The notes under the pieces: generated by a model | What the model was told of the DNA's origin: nothing | The model's database searches: none | What the model saw: only the letters and a program-made list of their open reading frames with translations | Program-made: the position numbers and the translations under genes | Source: Camelus dromedarius | Taxonomy: Eukaryota | Assembly (NCBI RefSeq): GCF_036321535.1 | Contig: NC_087444.1 | Location: forward strand, 43,772,001-43,836,000 | DNA: 64,000 nt | Direction: 5' to 3' | Shown: positions 11,700 to 24,379 of the stretch, one piece after another | Numbering within the stretch: position 1 is the first letter of the stretch | Layout: each line of letters starts with the position of its first letter

Positions 11700-14600
11700 A
11701 TTTCTTTCGTTGTAAAACATGAGTCCAAGGTTGAATACCCTGTGATTTGACAGCAGTGTGAGCAATGAGTAAAACGGTATAAGGTCCCTTTGGGGCTCAA
11801 GATTGGTTTTCCGATGGTGGCATTTCTAGAATACTCCATCGCCTACTTGTGAGTCATTTGAGGGATGATCAGGAAGTTGTAAAGGGAAGTCAGTCAAGGG
11901 AAGGCTTGACTTGTTGATTATAGGATTGAGTGTATTCTGTTAATCCTTGACAAGTATCTCAGGGTTGTCACATGAAGTTAGAATCTTCCACTAGACAAGA
12001 TGAATAAGGCATCCTTAATGGCCCTCCTGTGATCATTTCAAAAGGGGGTAGCTTGTGTGGCAATAGGGGTGAAGATCTGAGAGGCACAAGAGCAACGGGC
12101 AGTTTTTGTGGCCGTGGTAAGTCCAGTTCTTCAGACAGGTTAGCTGATTTGGTCTTGAGGATGCTGTTGGCTCTTTCTAGGGCACCAGATAGCTGAGCAT
12201 GGTTAGGGCAGTGGAGTCTTTGACTACTGTGTTGCCTTTTCGATTTCCTGTATAATTTTACCAGTGAAACGTGGGTCACTAGAGACGGTGGAGGGGATAA
12301 CCCAAGTGGGGAAGATTTGTTGCAGAAACACATTGGCACCTGATATTGCTGAGGTATTCCGGCAAGGGAGGGCCTCTAACCATTGAGAAAACAGGCAGGC
12401 GAGAGCAAGGACATGTTGGTTGCCTTGTGCGGTTGGTAACCGGATACAATCTATTTGCCAGCGAAGGACAATCTGAGGGCAGCTGCCTCCCTTCCTTGCC
12501 CCACCTTGACGGTTTTTCCAGGGTTACTTTCCTGGTAGGTGAGAAAAGTGAACTGCCTCATCCAAATAAAACCAAAGGGTCCAAACTACTGTTTGTCTAC
12601 TACACCCAGCATTTTGTCCTTTCCATGTGAGTCATGTTGTGCAAACCATACACACCATACTCGGGAGAGACTTAAGAGCTAGCTACCAGGGAGCCATCTC
12701 GGTGATTCCAAAGTCCATCTGAGTGGCTCAGACACCCAGCTTTTCCCCATCCAGTGCTTGCTGAGTCTTTTGCTGTTATTTGGGCCATGCGGACCTCTTT
12801 TATATTTCCTTAGGCGTTATCTTAAATTAGTGCTCTCTCTCAAGGGAAGGGGACTAATCCCACTGGGGTCTAGGGCCTCAAAGCAGGATGCAGGGGACAT
12901 AGTCCCAAGGCTTGGAAACTGCTTGGATTCTTGGGTGGTTGGGGAAGAGTCTGCTAATTCATCATACTTGTTGGGCCTCATCTGATTTTTTTTTTTGCGC
13001 TGTTTCCCTCAGTTTTAACCATCTGCTGGGGTAATAAAAATGCCTCTAGAAGTTCTGCTATTTGGGGCCCATTTTTTATGTGTCTTGTGTCCTCTCTGTT
13101 TCTATCACGTACCAAAATCATGCACTAATCCACAGGTATGGTGGCTCGTAGCATAACCTTCATTCCTTCTGCTGTTACGCAAGCCCAAGTGAGAGCAATT
13201 AACTCAGCTACGTGGGCTGATCTGACATTTGGCAAGACTCGATGTTCTAGAGGTTTATGTTGATCAGTGATGGCATATTGAGCCTGGAAGGCCCCATCTT
13301 CCTTCCAGAGGTAGGAGCCACTGACACGAAGAGTGAGGTCAACTTGGAGGAGGGGGTTTTCTGATAAAGCTCACCTAGGATAGAATAATGATCTAGTGTT
13401 AATGACACAGTTGTGAGACGTTCCATCAGTGGATAAAGGAAGCAAGGTGGCAGGATTAAATTTTTTTTTAATTGAAGTATAGTTGTTTTACAGTGTTGTG
13501 TTAGTCTCTGGGGTACAGCAAAGTGATTCAGTTATACACACATATATATATTGTTTATCAGGTTCTTTTCCATTATAGGTTATTACAAGGTATTGGATAT
13601 AATTCCCTGTGCTATACAGTAGGAGCTGTTGTTTATCTATTTTATATATAGTAGTTAGTATCTGTTAATACCAAGCTCCTAATTTATCCCTCCCCCTGGC
13701 AGCGTTAAAGTCTTGACAGCTCTGTATGGTGACATGAGAAGGAGAGAGTAGCAGGATTTCGTAACAGGTGAGTCGAGAGGCAGAAGAGTACTGTGTGTTT
13801 TCTTGAAGCACTACGGCCGGTGCAGCACGAGGGACATGTATATCAAACAGACGATCTCATACTAAATCAGAGGGAGGGTGGACAAGCTTGGATGCGGTAG
13901 CCTTGGCTCACGAGCAAGGGGGCTATGCCTTAGCTGCGGGGTTGAAGGCCCAACTATAATATCCCAGAGGTCCATCATGCTTCTCGGATGACACTCTGAG
14001 GGTGTGAGCCTCTCATTCACGCACAAACAAGGAAAAAGGCAGAGAGTAATTGGAAAATTTCAGGATGGGAGGTAAAAGTATAGAGCCCTTAAGTTCTCAC
14101 AAACATCTTTGGATGAGGGGGTCCTGGACCACTGGGTCTGGGGGTGCCTCCCTAGTCATGGCATAGAGGGATGATGCAGTCATAGTAAAATCTGGTATCC
14201 ATGTCCTGCAATATCCTACAAGACGTCTCCCCGCCCCCAAAACCTGTCAGTTGTCATTCTCTTTTAAGAAGAGGAAAGTGTTGAATAGCAGAGCCTCCGG
14301 TCTGTGGAGATAGTTTTATCTGGAGCTGAAATATCATGACCCAGATATCAGACACGCAGAGCATAGTTGAATTCTGTCTCTAGCTACCTTGTGGCCATTT
14401 TTTTTTTTTTTTTTGCTAATACCGTAAGAAGGTATTCAGTGTCCAAAAGGAAGAAGCTATCATAACTGCCAGAACGTAGAAGGAGGTCATCTTCATATTG
14501 GATTAAAACGGAGTCTCCTGGGAATTTTAATTCCCTTGAATTGGCGTTTGGGGTGTGTGAGAGTAAGTAGGAGCCTCAGGAAATCCTTGGGGCACAACAG

Positions 14601-15480
14601 TCCACGTATGTTATTGATCATCCCAGGTGAAGGCAAACAAGTATTGGAGTTCCTTGTAAAGGGGAATCCTAAACAAGGTGGAACACAAATTGAGGGCTGT
14701 GAACTATGGGGTGCTGAGAGGAATAGCAGACAGGATGGTGCTAGGATCAGGCACTGTGGTGAATCTGGGTTTGATGATTTTGAGAAATCTCAGATCTTGG
14801 ACTAACTGATATTCTTGCCCATTTGATTTTTTGATGGTCCAGATGGCAGAAGTGCAGGGGCCAGAGGTAGGAACTAGAAGGTTTTTGTCTAATAAATCTT
14901 TGATTAGCAGGCAGAGACCCTCAAGGCCTTGTGGTCTTAAATGACATCAGGAAATCTGGGGATGGGCATGGAAGGATCAATTTCCACCTTAAGGGGTTCT
15001 ACAGCCAGATGCATCCAACATCAGTGGAGGTTTTTGTCCAGAAGTAAGAGGGAATTCTAATAGCTGATTTAAATCTTCAGGAAAATAAATGTTAATTAAA
15101 GAGGGCAAAGGACCTCAGAGAAGTTGGACCAAGAAAAAAAAAAAAGCCTATTAGGAGACAGATGTGAAGGGGACGAGTCAGGGACCCACAGAAATCCTTC
15201 AGAGGCACAATGAATGTTTATACCCCAGTTCATGAGAAGGTGCCTTCCTAAAAGGCTTACTGGGCAGGTAGAACCAAGGAGGAAGCCGTTTGGAGCTTTC
15301 AGAGGTCCTGTAGAAACAGTAGGGGTTGAGATGGAGGCAGATCATGAGGTAAGTTATCATAACTGGCTGCAGGTAAGGTTCTTGACTCCAGGGAAGGGTG
15401 TCAAGAGACAAGTGGTGTTGAGGTGGAATGTGTTACCATGATGTCGATGAGAACTGTGGTGGGGACCTTTTAACCCATAA
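11700..15480 (-). pseudogene. ERV pro-pol remnant (protease, RT, RNase H, integrase)
   Basis: VLID at about 15450 and CPVSLLGRHLL (protease); FAFTW..WTVVPQGF at about 14590-14635 and QYEDDLLL at 14486-14497 (RT); DGSY..AELIALTWA (RNase H, about 13170-13330); KGPYTVLL..GIQPWTH (integrase GPY/F, about 11720-11790); many stops and frameshifts. Confidence 0.88.
13461..13696 (-). mobile_element. 5'-truncated L1 3' end (cetartiodactyl type) inserted into ERV pol
   Basis: ttttttaattgaagtatagttg...ttatccctccccc; degenerate TSD tggcaggattaaa (13448-13460) / tggcagcgttaaa (13697-13709). Confidence 0.85.
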
Positions 15481-15559
15481 GGTTATCTCCCCTTGTGAGT
15501 TTGGTGGCAGTTGAGGGCCCTGGACGTTTATTTTCCTGGAGTAAAGTCTCTCGCTTTCT

Positions 15560-16800
15560 GGTGAGGAGTGGGCTCAGGCTTTTGCCCTCCTCTCGAGGTC
15601 TGACCACTCCTGGCAGAGCCAGGGTCTTTTCTTCTTACAATTTCAGCAAGAGTCTTCACTAATAGGAGAACAGGATTTTGGAAATTTCCATAGATGAAAA
15701 TGTTGAGGTCCTTCTAGCTGTTTTAATTGCAAGGCCATAAGCATGTATTGTATATTTTCCAGTTTGCTGGAAATAGCATCTTCATAATGCTGGGCTAACG
15801 TCTGGAGCTCAGACATGTTTGCATTTTGCTGGTTAATACGTTTCTCCATAATGAGTCACGGAGCTCTGGTTTGAGACCATTTACAAAACTTGTGGCCAGA
15901 GCAGAGGCTGCTAGGGAAGTCAGGTGCAGCCCTGCTGTTTCCATGTTGTCTCTAATTGATGCCAATGGTAAGCCACATTTCATTTCTTTGCTGCTTATAA
16001 TTTTAATACACAGCCAATCAGTTTTGGTGAGAGAGACGGGAGGGGTGGCTCCTAGTAATTTTTCTATTCCTTCCCTTATCTTCTGCTGAGAATCAGGGTC
16101 ATTGAGACTCTTGAGGGTCTTCAGGAACAATGTTCCATTTGGCCTTTTCAAACCAAAGTGGGGCATCCCCAGGGCCAACTGGTAGGTGGATTAGTTGACA
16201 TAAATTGGGGAATCTGGAGAATATGCCCCCAGAACAGTCTCCAATTGTTCAGTAAATCTTTCCCTTTTCTTTTGGGAGATTCTTTTGGAAACTCCTTTAT
16301 GATAGCATATAATTCCACAAAGACCAAAGTTTAAATGTTATCTCTTCTGTTGGCCTCCCTTGAGAACAGGTAGCAGCCACTCTGGGCTTCAGCTACAAGA
16401 GATGGGGACTGGAGAACCTTACAGTTATGGGGAGTTGAGAGGCTGGGGTGTCACTGGTGAAGGACATACTGGGGGAGGACAGGTATCAAGAAAAGCTGGG
16501 AGCTGAAGGTGGGGGAGGGAGCTGTGGAGGGGTGTAGGGGGTTTACTAGGTTAGAAAAATATTCTGAAGATGCTGTTTAAGAATTTCAATAGTTTGAATG
16601 AGATTTGAATTGTTAAGTTGCTTTCTGGCTTCTTCATACCAAGTGAAAAAAGCAGACCATTGTGCATCAGATATTTTTGTTCCATTTTGCCCTCGGGTTC
16701 CCCTCAGGTGGACTCATTTGGATCCCAAGAGCCCCAGAGAGGCTGTAGTGGCTCAAGAGTTTTTGGTAAAGTTTTGCCAATGAGAAAGAAAGCTCAGGCT
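15560..16800 (-). pseudogene. ERV gag remnant
   Basis: ORF 15795-16178 FLKTLKSLNDPDSQQKIREGIEKLL...ATSFVNGLKPELRD resembles class I ERV capsid; located between PBS/leader and protease. Confidence 0.7.
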
Positions 16801-17306
16801 GTAGAAGCATGTGGTCAGCCGGAGTATGAGATTTCCAGTCGATCAAGAAGCCCCCATGTTCTTGACTCATGGTACCTTTACACTTATGAACAGAGAAACA
16901 TGGGTTTCCAACCCAGCCTCTGTTCCTACAGGGACTAGCCTCTTACAATCAGAAAGCCTAGGACTTTAACCAGCCTCTATTTACCCAGGACTCTAACCCA
17001 GCTTCTTACAAACAGCTGCTTGCTTAGGGCTCCAACCCAGCTGGTTACAGAGAAATCCAGGACTCTACCCTGGCCTTGGCTTGCCTGGGACTCTAACCCA
17101 GCTTCTAGAGTGTACTTGGAATCCTAAAAATCAAGATCTGTCCTCACTGTGCTTCATTCGACATTTATCCAGAGCACTGGATTTTAGCACTGGACTCAAT
17201 CACCAGATACCCAAACCAGCAAGCAGACTGGAGACAAAAGGTTAGGTAGGTGTGCCCTGTGAGGCCTGGTGTTGCATTTGAGGCTTTGGTGGTAGTTCCA
17301 ATCCAG

Positions 17307-17324
17307 ATTTGATTCACAGCACCA
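17307..17324 (-). other. Degenerate primer-binding site, tRNA-His type
   Basis: TGGTGCTGTGAATCAAAT vs TGGTGCCGTGACTCGGAT (14/18; two differences are CpG-type), 5 nt after the 5' LTR. Confidence 0.7.
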
Positions 17325-17329
17325 AAAAC

Positions 17330-17773
17330 TGTTAAAGAGAACTAGAGTTGGATAGAGGTTAAGGGAGTAAAGATAGATTTTATTAAAACAACAACAACAA
17401 CAAAAGTATTGCAACAGGGGGAAAGAGACTCCAGTATAGCACTGGGCTCAATTCCAAATACAACCAGAACAAGTGGGGATTCATAGCCAAGAAGCACGGG
17501 GTAGGTAGGGGCCAACATTGGTGAATGGAAAAGTACTAAGTGGAGACATCAAGTCTCAGAGATTCTGGCTGAAGGCAGGTCAGGGTGATCAGATATCTGG
17601 AGGGTAGTGGGGATGATTTTGATCAGATATTAAGGGCAGGGAATTCTCAGTAAGCTGACTTAGTAGGGTCTTGCTGGAACTGGATTCTAGAAGGAAGTAC
17701 ACAGATGGACCTTGTTGGGAAGAGGGTTCGGGAGAGCCTGTCTAAAGTTTGGTCAAGCAAAGAATCTTTGTCA
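17330..17773 (-). repeat. 5' LTR of the ERV1 provirus
   Basis: TG...CA termini, AATAAA at 17379-17384 (minus), adjacent PBS, TSD GCAC. Confidence 0.9.
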
Positions 17774-20700
17774 GCACCAACAGCGGACATTACCTCTTGT
17801 TCGGCAGAGCATCCTAAGGGAAAGGAAGTTGGGGTTTGGAGGAAAGGTGACAATTTCATCCATTTCTATTGATCAGCTTTTCTGTGGGGTCCCTCATTTG
17901 GGAAATGAATTTCTGAATTTTTTTTACTTTGAAATTTCCTTTTGGGAAATGTACAGTGGTTGTCAGGAATGGTCAACAGGGTTGTCTCAGTTTAACTGAA
18001 TGCACTGCAATCTTCCACAATATTTATTCACAATCACCGAATTAGAAAAAAAGGTTAGAGGTACCGAGTAAAGACAGGAGCCCAGAAACCGTGAGCAATG
18101 CTCTTAGGTGCCTGCGGTCAGACAAGGTCGGTCATTGTTTTCTCTCTATTGGAGGTTCCTGTCTTGGGGTAAATCCTACTTCAGGGAGATGGCATCCCTG
18201 GTGGACCAGACCTTGAAGCTCCCAGTGACTGGCTCTGGCCCCTACAGGTGCTCTTCGGGGCTCCAAGGTGGGTTTGTACCTGCATCCATCACAGGGGTCT
18301 GTGGTTCTGTCAGGTCTGAGGGGAGCTGTAGGACTGAGCTGTGTGAACTCCAGCTCTTCAGTCAACCAGCTTTAAGTATTACCCACATCTTGCCTCTATC
18401 TTTTCTTCTAGCTCCTAACCTCCCCCAACTCTTTTTCTCTTGGAATCTTTTGAATTAAAGCCCAGGCGTGTCATTTCACAGCACAGTTTCATTCTGAGAC
18501 CCTGCTGTGGTGTGAGAGGTTATACAAACAGCCTGGATCAGAAGCCAGGGCCGGGGGTGCTGCCTGGCTCTAATTTACTGGGCAGTCTTGACCAAGTTAC
18601 CTCCCCTCTTTGGGTTTGTCTCATTTGTAAAAGGAAGGTTCTGGCTCAGGTAGAGGCCGAGGTCCCTAGTCTAGTAAAGGAAAGGTGCTGTGAGTTAGAA
18701 CCTGGCCCAGGGCTGCCACTCCCACCCATGGCTGCCCACTGCGGGCCCCTCGGGCGCCTGGTACCAAGACAGGGAATAAACAAACAAGCCAAAGTAATTT
18801 CCCTCTTCCTTGGAAACAAAGCTGGGGTGGTCTGGAGAGGCATGTGGAGAAGACTGGAGAGTGCCAGGTGGAAAAGAGCCAAACAGACCGAGAGATGATG
18901 ATTTCCCTGCCCTGCAGGGAACATCTGAGGACACCGAGGCCAGATGTGTTGATTTTGCACCCTCCCCAGTGTGATAAAATCCCCCTGGAGAGCGAGTCTT
19001 TATTCCCCGCCAGCCTGCCGAGGGGTGGACCCCAGCCTGCTCGGGTCTTGCCTTCTGTCTCCGGAGCACATCTCCTCTTATGGAAGAGCCCCAGCTGCTT
19101 TTGCACGGTCAGCGCGGCGCTCGTGAATGCGCCCTCTCCAGCAGCGCACTCAGCGTCTGGGCGCCCGCCAAGCCCTGCCGACCCGCCACCCGCCGCCAGG
19201 CCCAGGCTGCCCACCCCTCCCCTGCGGTGAATCTCCTGCTTCCTTCCTCTATCACCACCTTCCATTCTCCGTTGAAGAGCCAGTTATTGATCTTGGCCCA
19301 TTTCTCAAAGTTGCTGCACGCCGATTCCATCCAGGCCACATCCTCCCCCAAGGGACCTGCTGGTCAGCCAGTCCTCCTGGGTTTGTTAATGGTGGTGCTA
19401 CATGACCCCCCCCCCCAGGGACGGGGGTGCCCTCCCAGGAAAAAGGAGTGGATGACCCCTACAGGTACTCCTCAGGGATTACGCAGCCCAGGATGGAGGC
19501 TGGGTATCCCTGAGGAGGAAGATCAGGTGGTCTGTGTCTGCAGAACCTGCTTTGTTGGAGGCTGGCATCCATCCTGAAGCTGGAACCTGCAGGAAATTGT
19601 ATGGCTTTGCTTGTACCTCCCAGTCTGGGAAGTGCAAAGTCAGGGGTGGGGATTCTTCTCTGCACCCTGTCCATCCCCTAAATTGTGAGAGTCCAGAGGG
19701 CTGGATGAATCTGATTCACTCAACTGCCTAGGGCAGGGTCTGGCCAGGAGCAGGTGTCAGTAAGTGCTGGCTGCACAATGGATTTGCCAGGAAGGATGCC
19801 TGGCTTCTCCCCCTCCAGCGTGACCTCAAAAGCCAGAGGAACTGACTGGCCAGTGGTCACTGAACCAGCAGCTCAACGCAGAGGGGTAGGGGAAAGAGGC
19901 AGAGAATGTGGTTTTCTGGGTCTTTCAGCGTGGACATTGGGAGCCTGGCTCGGGAAGCGCAGAGGAGCAAGAGGGAGTGTGGGAGCCAGAGTGACAGGGC
20001 CCCTTTTCCCTTGCCTTTCCCTGGGGGTGAGTTGCATGGGTGGGGAAGGTGGATGGGGGAGAGCAGGCCTGACCAGGAGCAGGCAGCAAAGGGCAGCCTT
20101 GATTTCTTGATTTCTCATGTGACTCCAGGCAAGTCATTGAACCTGCTCTTCTGGAAAAATGGAATAGTCATTCCTATTCAGTTTGCTTTTCAGGGGGTTC
20201 TTGGGAGGAACAGATGAGAGGGTCCTAGAAAGGGCTCTGAAAGTGTTACAGGAGAATCAAGTCTAAATGTCTGTGCTCATACTGACGCCCTGCCGCGTGC
20301 CAAGCCACGGTCCAGGTGTGTGTGTGACCCTCTGGTGAGTGGGCCTGGCAGGCCGGGTGACCCCACTGTGTACGGAGGCATCACTAAGGCCTCTCATAGC
20401 CACCACAGAAGTTGCAACAGAGACTCCAAAGAGTTCCCCCAAACTGTGAAGCACGCTGGAGAAGCTGGGGGCAGAGGAAAGTCATCTGTTCACCTAGTTG
20501 AATAGAAGCAGTCCAAAACAAAATCCAAAATAAAAACTGCAATTTGTATTTGTTAAACATAATTTAAAACTAAAACATAAAAAAAAATTTCTTCCTTCAT
20601 TGCTGTAAGTCCAGATGGCAACTGGAGAGGACTGGGCCTTTGCTCTGGTGAGGGCTTGAAGAAGAACAAAACTCCCATGCGACCCTGGTCCTTCCTCTGT

Positions 20701-21502
20701 CCCTCTGGAACGCCCGCAGGTCACAGCCGGCCGCTGAGGCAGCAGAAAGAGAACTCAGCCTCGGGAAGGCGCCTCTCTGCCTCTTTGGGAAGCTGATGAG
20801 ACGCCAGAGGTCACAGAGCGTCGGAGGCCTGGCTTAAAGCCACCAGCCAGGCCAAGATGAAACATCTGCTCAAGTCTCCCCAGGCACCTGGCTGGGGGCG
20901 GGGTGGGAGGAAGGAATGGGGAAGACTGATGCTCAACCACAAATTAGCACCCTGGGCCTTGGCCCTGAAATGGCCTCTGCTGGTAGAGGAGGGGGTGAGA
21001 CTAACAAGAAATAAATGACACACTTCAAGGGGGGAGGGTGGCAGGCCCGAGGATGCATCCTGTGTTGGACTTGAGCAGGGATGAGCCAGGGCAGGATGGC
21101 TTAAAAAACTCTTCGTCTGTGGCCAATGGTATCAAAATGCTAACGGCCAAAGGGACTGTGGGGGAGGGCCATTTGTTGGAGGGACTCCAATGGGGGTTCT
21201 GGCTGAGTATGGGTGGGCTCACCGGGTGACCCTAGTTTTTTTGTGTAACCAGCACAGACCTGGAACTGGGATACCCAGGCTGCCCTCTACTGGTGATTTC
21301 TGGGAATGACCACAATGCAGCAGCACCTGACTTCCAGCTCCAAAGACAGAGGAGAGAACCAGCTCCCAGGAGGACCAGGAGTGGCTGCATCTCTGGCCAG
21401 GCCTCCCAGTGGGGTGGCCGGCAGCCTCCCCATCGATCTGAGTAGGTTCCTCCATCTCTGCCTGGCTGCAGATGGGCACAGGACAGTGAGGGCCTCCGGT
21501 GC

Positions 21503-21607
21503 TCACTTCAAAGGCATCGAGAAAAATTTGTTCCCCGACTTGCAGCGGATCTGCTCGGCACACACGCGCAGGAACATCTCAGAGTCTTCAAACTCATCCA
21601 CAATTTC
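21503..21607 (-). CDS. USB1: U6 snRNA phosphodiesterase, exon 7 (last coding exon)
   Basis: [34 protein letters not shown]; AG acceptor at 21608-21609; TGA at 21503-21505. Confidence 0.96.
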   Translation of the reverse strand, partial: EIVDEFEDSEMFLRVCAEQIRCKSGNKFFSMPLK

Positions 21608-22447
21608 CTTAAACCAGGAGCCAGAGGAAGACAGTCACATTAAGGGGAGTCAGGGACCCAGAGGGCCCTGCAAACAAAGCCAACCTACCGACACCCTTCA
21701 GAGGTTAGACACTGCTCAGGGGAGGCCAGGGGCCACGCAGGCTCCAGGCTCTGCACTTGGGTATCTTGCCTAATTAACTCTGCAGTCTTGTGGGATCAGG
21801 CCTATCATCCCAGCTTTGCAGATAAGGAAATGGATGCTCAGAGCCCTGGGTCACAGAATCCAATAAAACCGAGACCAGAGCTCTTTGCCGCCTCCAGCAC
21901 GATCAGGCCAAGAGCAGAGGTGGCTACTTGATGATGGCCCATGGCTTTGTCCCACCTGCACATGTTTTGTTTGGCTTGTGAAATGTTTTCTTAAAAAATA
22001 CATGTTAGTTACCAACATTTGAAAACATGAAAATCTAGATTTCTGGCTTCTCTTGAAAAACAGAAGTGCTTGCAGTAATAGGTCCACATTCCTGCGAGGC
22101 AACTCCCCACTGTCTCCTCCTCCAGGGGTGAGGACCAGCTCCTCCGAGGGCACTGACAGGAAAGTGAAATATATCCCCAACTTATCACAGGAGGAGAAAG
22201 CCTGCGAGGGAGGACGTCCCTTATGCCTGGCACGTTTCATTTCCAACACCTGCCAGCCCCCTGGGGGCACCCAAGCCATTGACCTCTGGGCAAGGGGCTA
22301 GGACTTCAGGGGAGGCCTGCAGCATCCTTTCAGATCAGTGTTCTAGGGCAGGACTTCTCAAATTTTAATGTGCACTCAAATCCCTAGAGAGCTTGTTAAA
22401 GCCTGATTTCTTAGGTCTGGGCTGGGGCTAAGGAGCACATACTGCTA

Positions 22448-23278
<831 letters not shown>

Positions 23279-23963
23279 GTCCTGTTCTCAGAGGCTCTCC
23301 TTCACATAGCTTAGAGAGTCATTAAATCTGGGCTGTGGAGGAGAACCCAGCCTTCAACTCTATCTTCTAATCTAAAACATTTCAATAGATGGCATACTTT
23401 TAAAGATGAAATGACCAAAAACCGAACTGTCTATGATAAAACCATAAATTATCTCCATTCAAATTCATATATATATATATATCTCAGCATGATTTTAAAA
23501 GAATATATCAAACAAAACCAACAATCTTTTAAAGCCTTGACATTCAAGTTGGAGTTCAAGTTCCCCTGGAGGGCATAGGGCAAGCAAGGCATGGGAAGGT
23601 ATGCAAAGCTACAGCTCTACCTGGAGTGTCAATTTTACTAAAAAAAAGTATTGGGGGAAATTACTTAAAAAGTATCAGAATAAACTTGGATACACGATAG
23701 AGCAGAAGGCATAAATCTCATGGCATGCTGAAGATGTAACAGAAGATTTCTAAGGAATGTTGGACTTCAGGTGGGCTGCATCTGACTACAGCTCAGACCT
23801 CAACTCAACAGGGGTGTGTGTCCTCTGAGGACTGGCATTTGGGACACCTCCCGTGGGAATGTTCTGGAGGGCTCTTTGGTTTGCCTCTAACAAGGATATC
23901 TTGAAGGTTGGTTTTGTTCCCATAGAGATGGGTCAGTGGAGAAGACAAGACGGTGTTGATTAC

Positions 23964-24069
23964 CTGGTAGAAAGTGGTGAGGTCAAACTCCTTCAAGACC
24001 CTGTCTACCTCTGAAACCAGGTCCAGGAACTGGGCGTGCCCAGAGGTGACCTCGAGCCCGACAAAGGTC
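23964..24069 (-). CDS. USB1: USB1 exon 5
   Basis: (R)[35 protein letters not shown]; 106 nt; AG/GT. Confidence 0.97.
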
Positions 24070-24379
24070 CTGGGGAGGCAGAGGTGGAGACAACACGGGC
24101 ATGAGACACAGCCACTGAGAACACAGACCATCCACACTGGGGAGGATGGGACAGACAGACAGCTGGGAGTTCAGCTCGCTTTCATGCTCTAGGAGCCAGC
24201 TCTTTCTTTTGGCTAGCCACACATCTCCCCTCCTTCCCCATGGCTGAAGAACCCTCATCTTCACCTGCCACATGCCACGGCTGAGGCTACAGAGCCCCAA
24301 GCTTCTGTGCCCAGGCTCCCAGCCATTGCTCTGCAGTCTGGACACTTTCCCCAGGGCCGGCCCTCTGGCACCGGCTCCC

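Larger units (their letters stand above)
9461..17773 (-). mobile_element. Two-LTR class I endogenous retrovirus (MER31-like LTRs), gag-pro-pol-env, degenerate
   Basis: LTRs 9461-9852 and 17330-17773 both start TGACAAAGATTCTTTGCTTG and end TTAACA on minus; 4-bp TSD GCAC at 9457-9460 and 17774-17777; PBS, PPT and retroviral motifs in correct order. Confidence 0.92.

Noticed and set aside
16955-17105. CRISPR-like repeat-spacer array
   Set aside because: Mammalian DNA, degenerate repeats inside an ERV leader, no cas genes
20545-20550. AATACA(-) as the USB1 poly(A) signal
   Set aside because: Plausible (U-rich tract follows) but it is a weak variant hexamer and the spacing is tight; the ZNF319 candidate AGTAAA at 46007-46012 is similarly unprovable without 3'-end data
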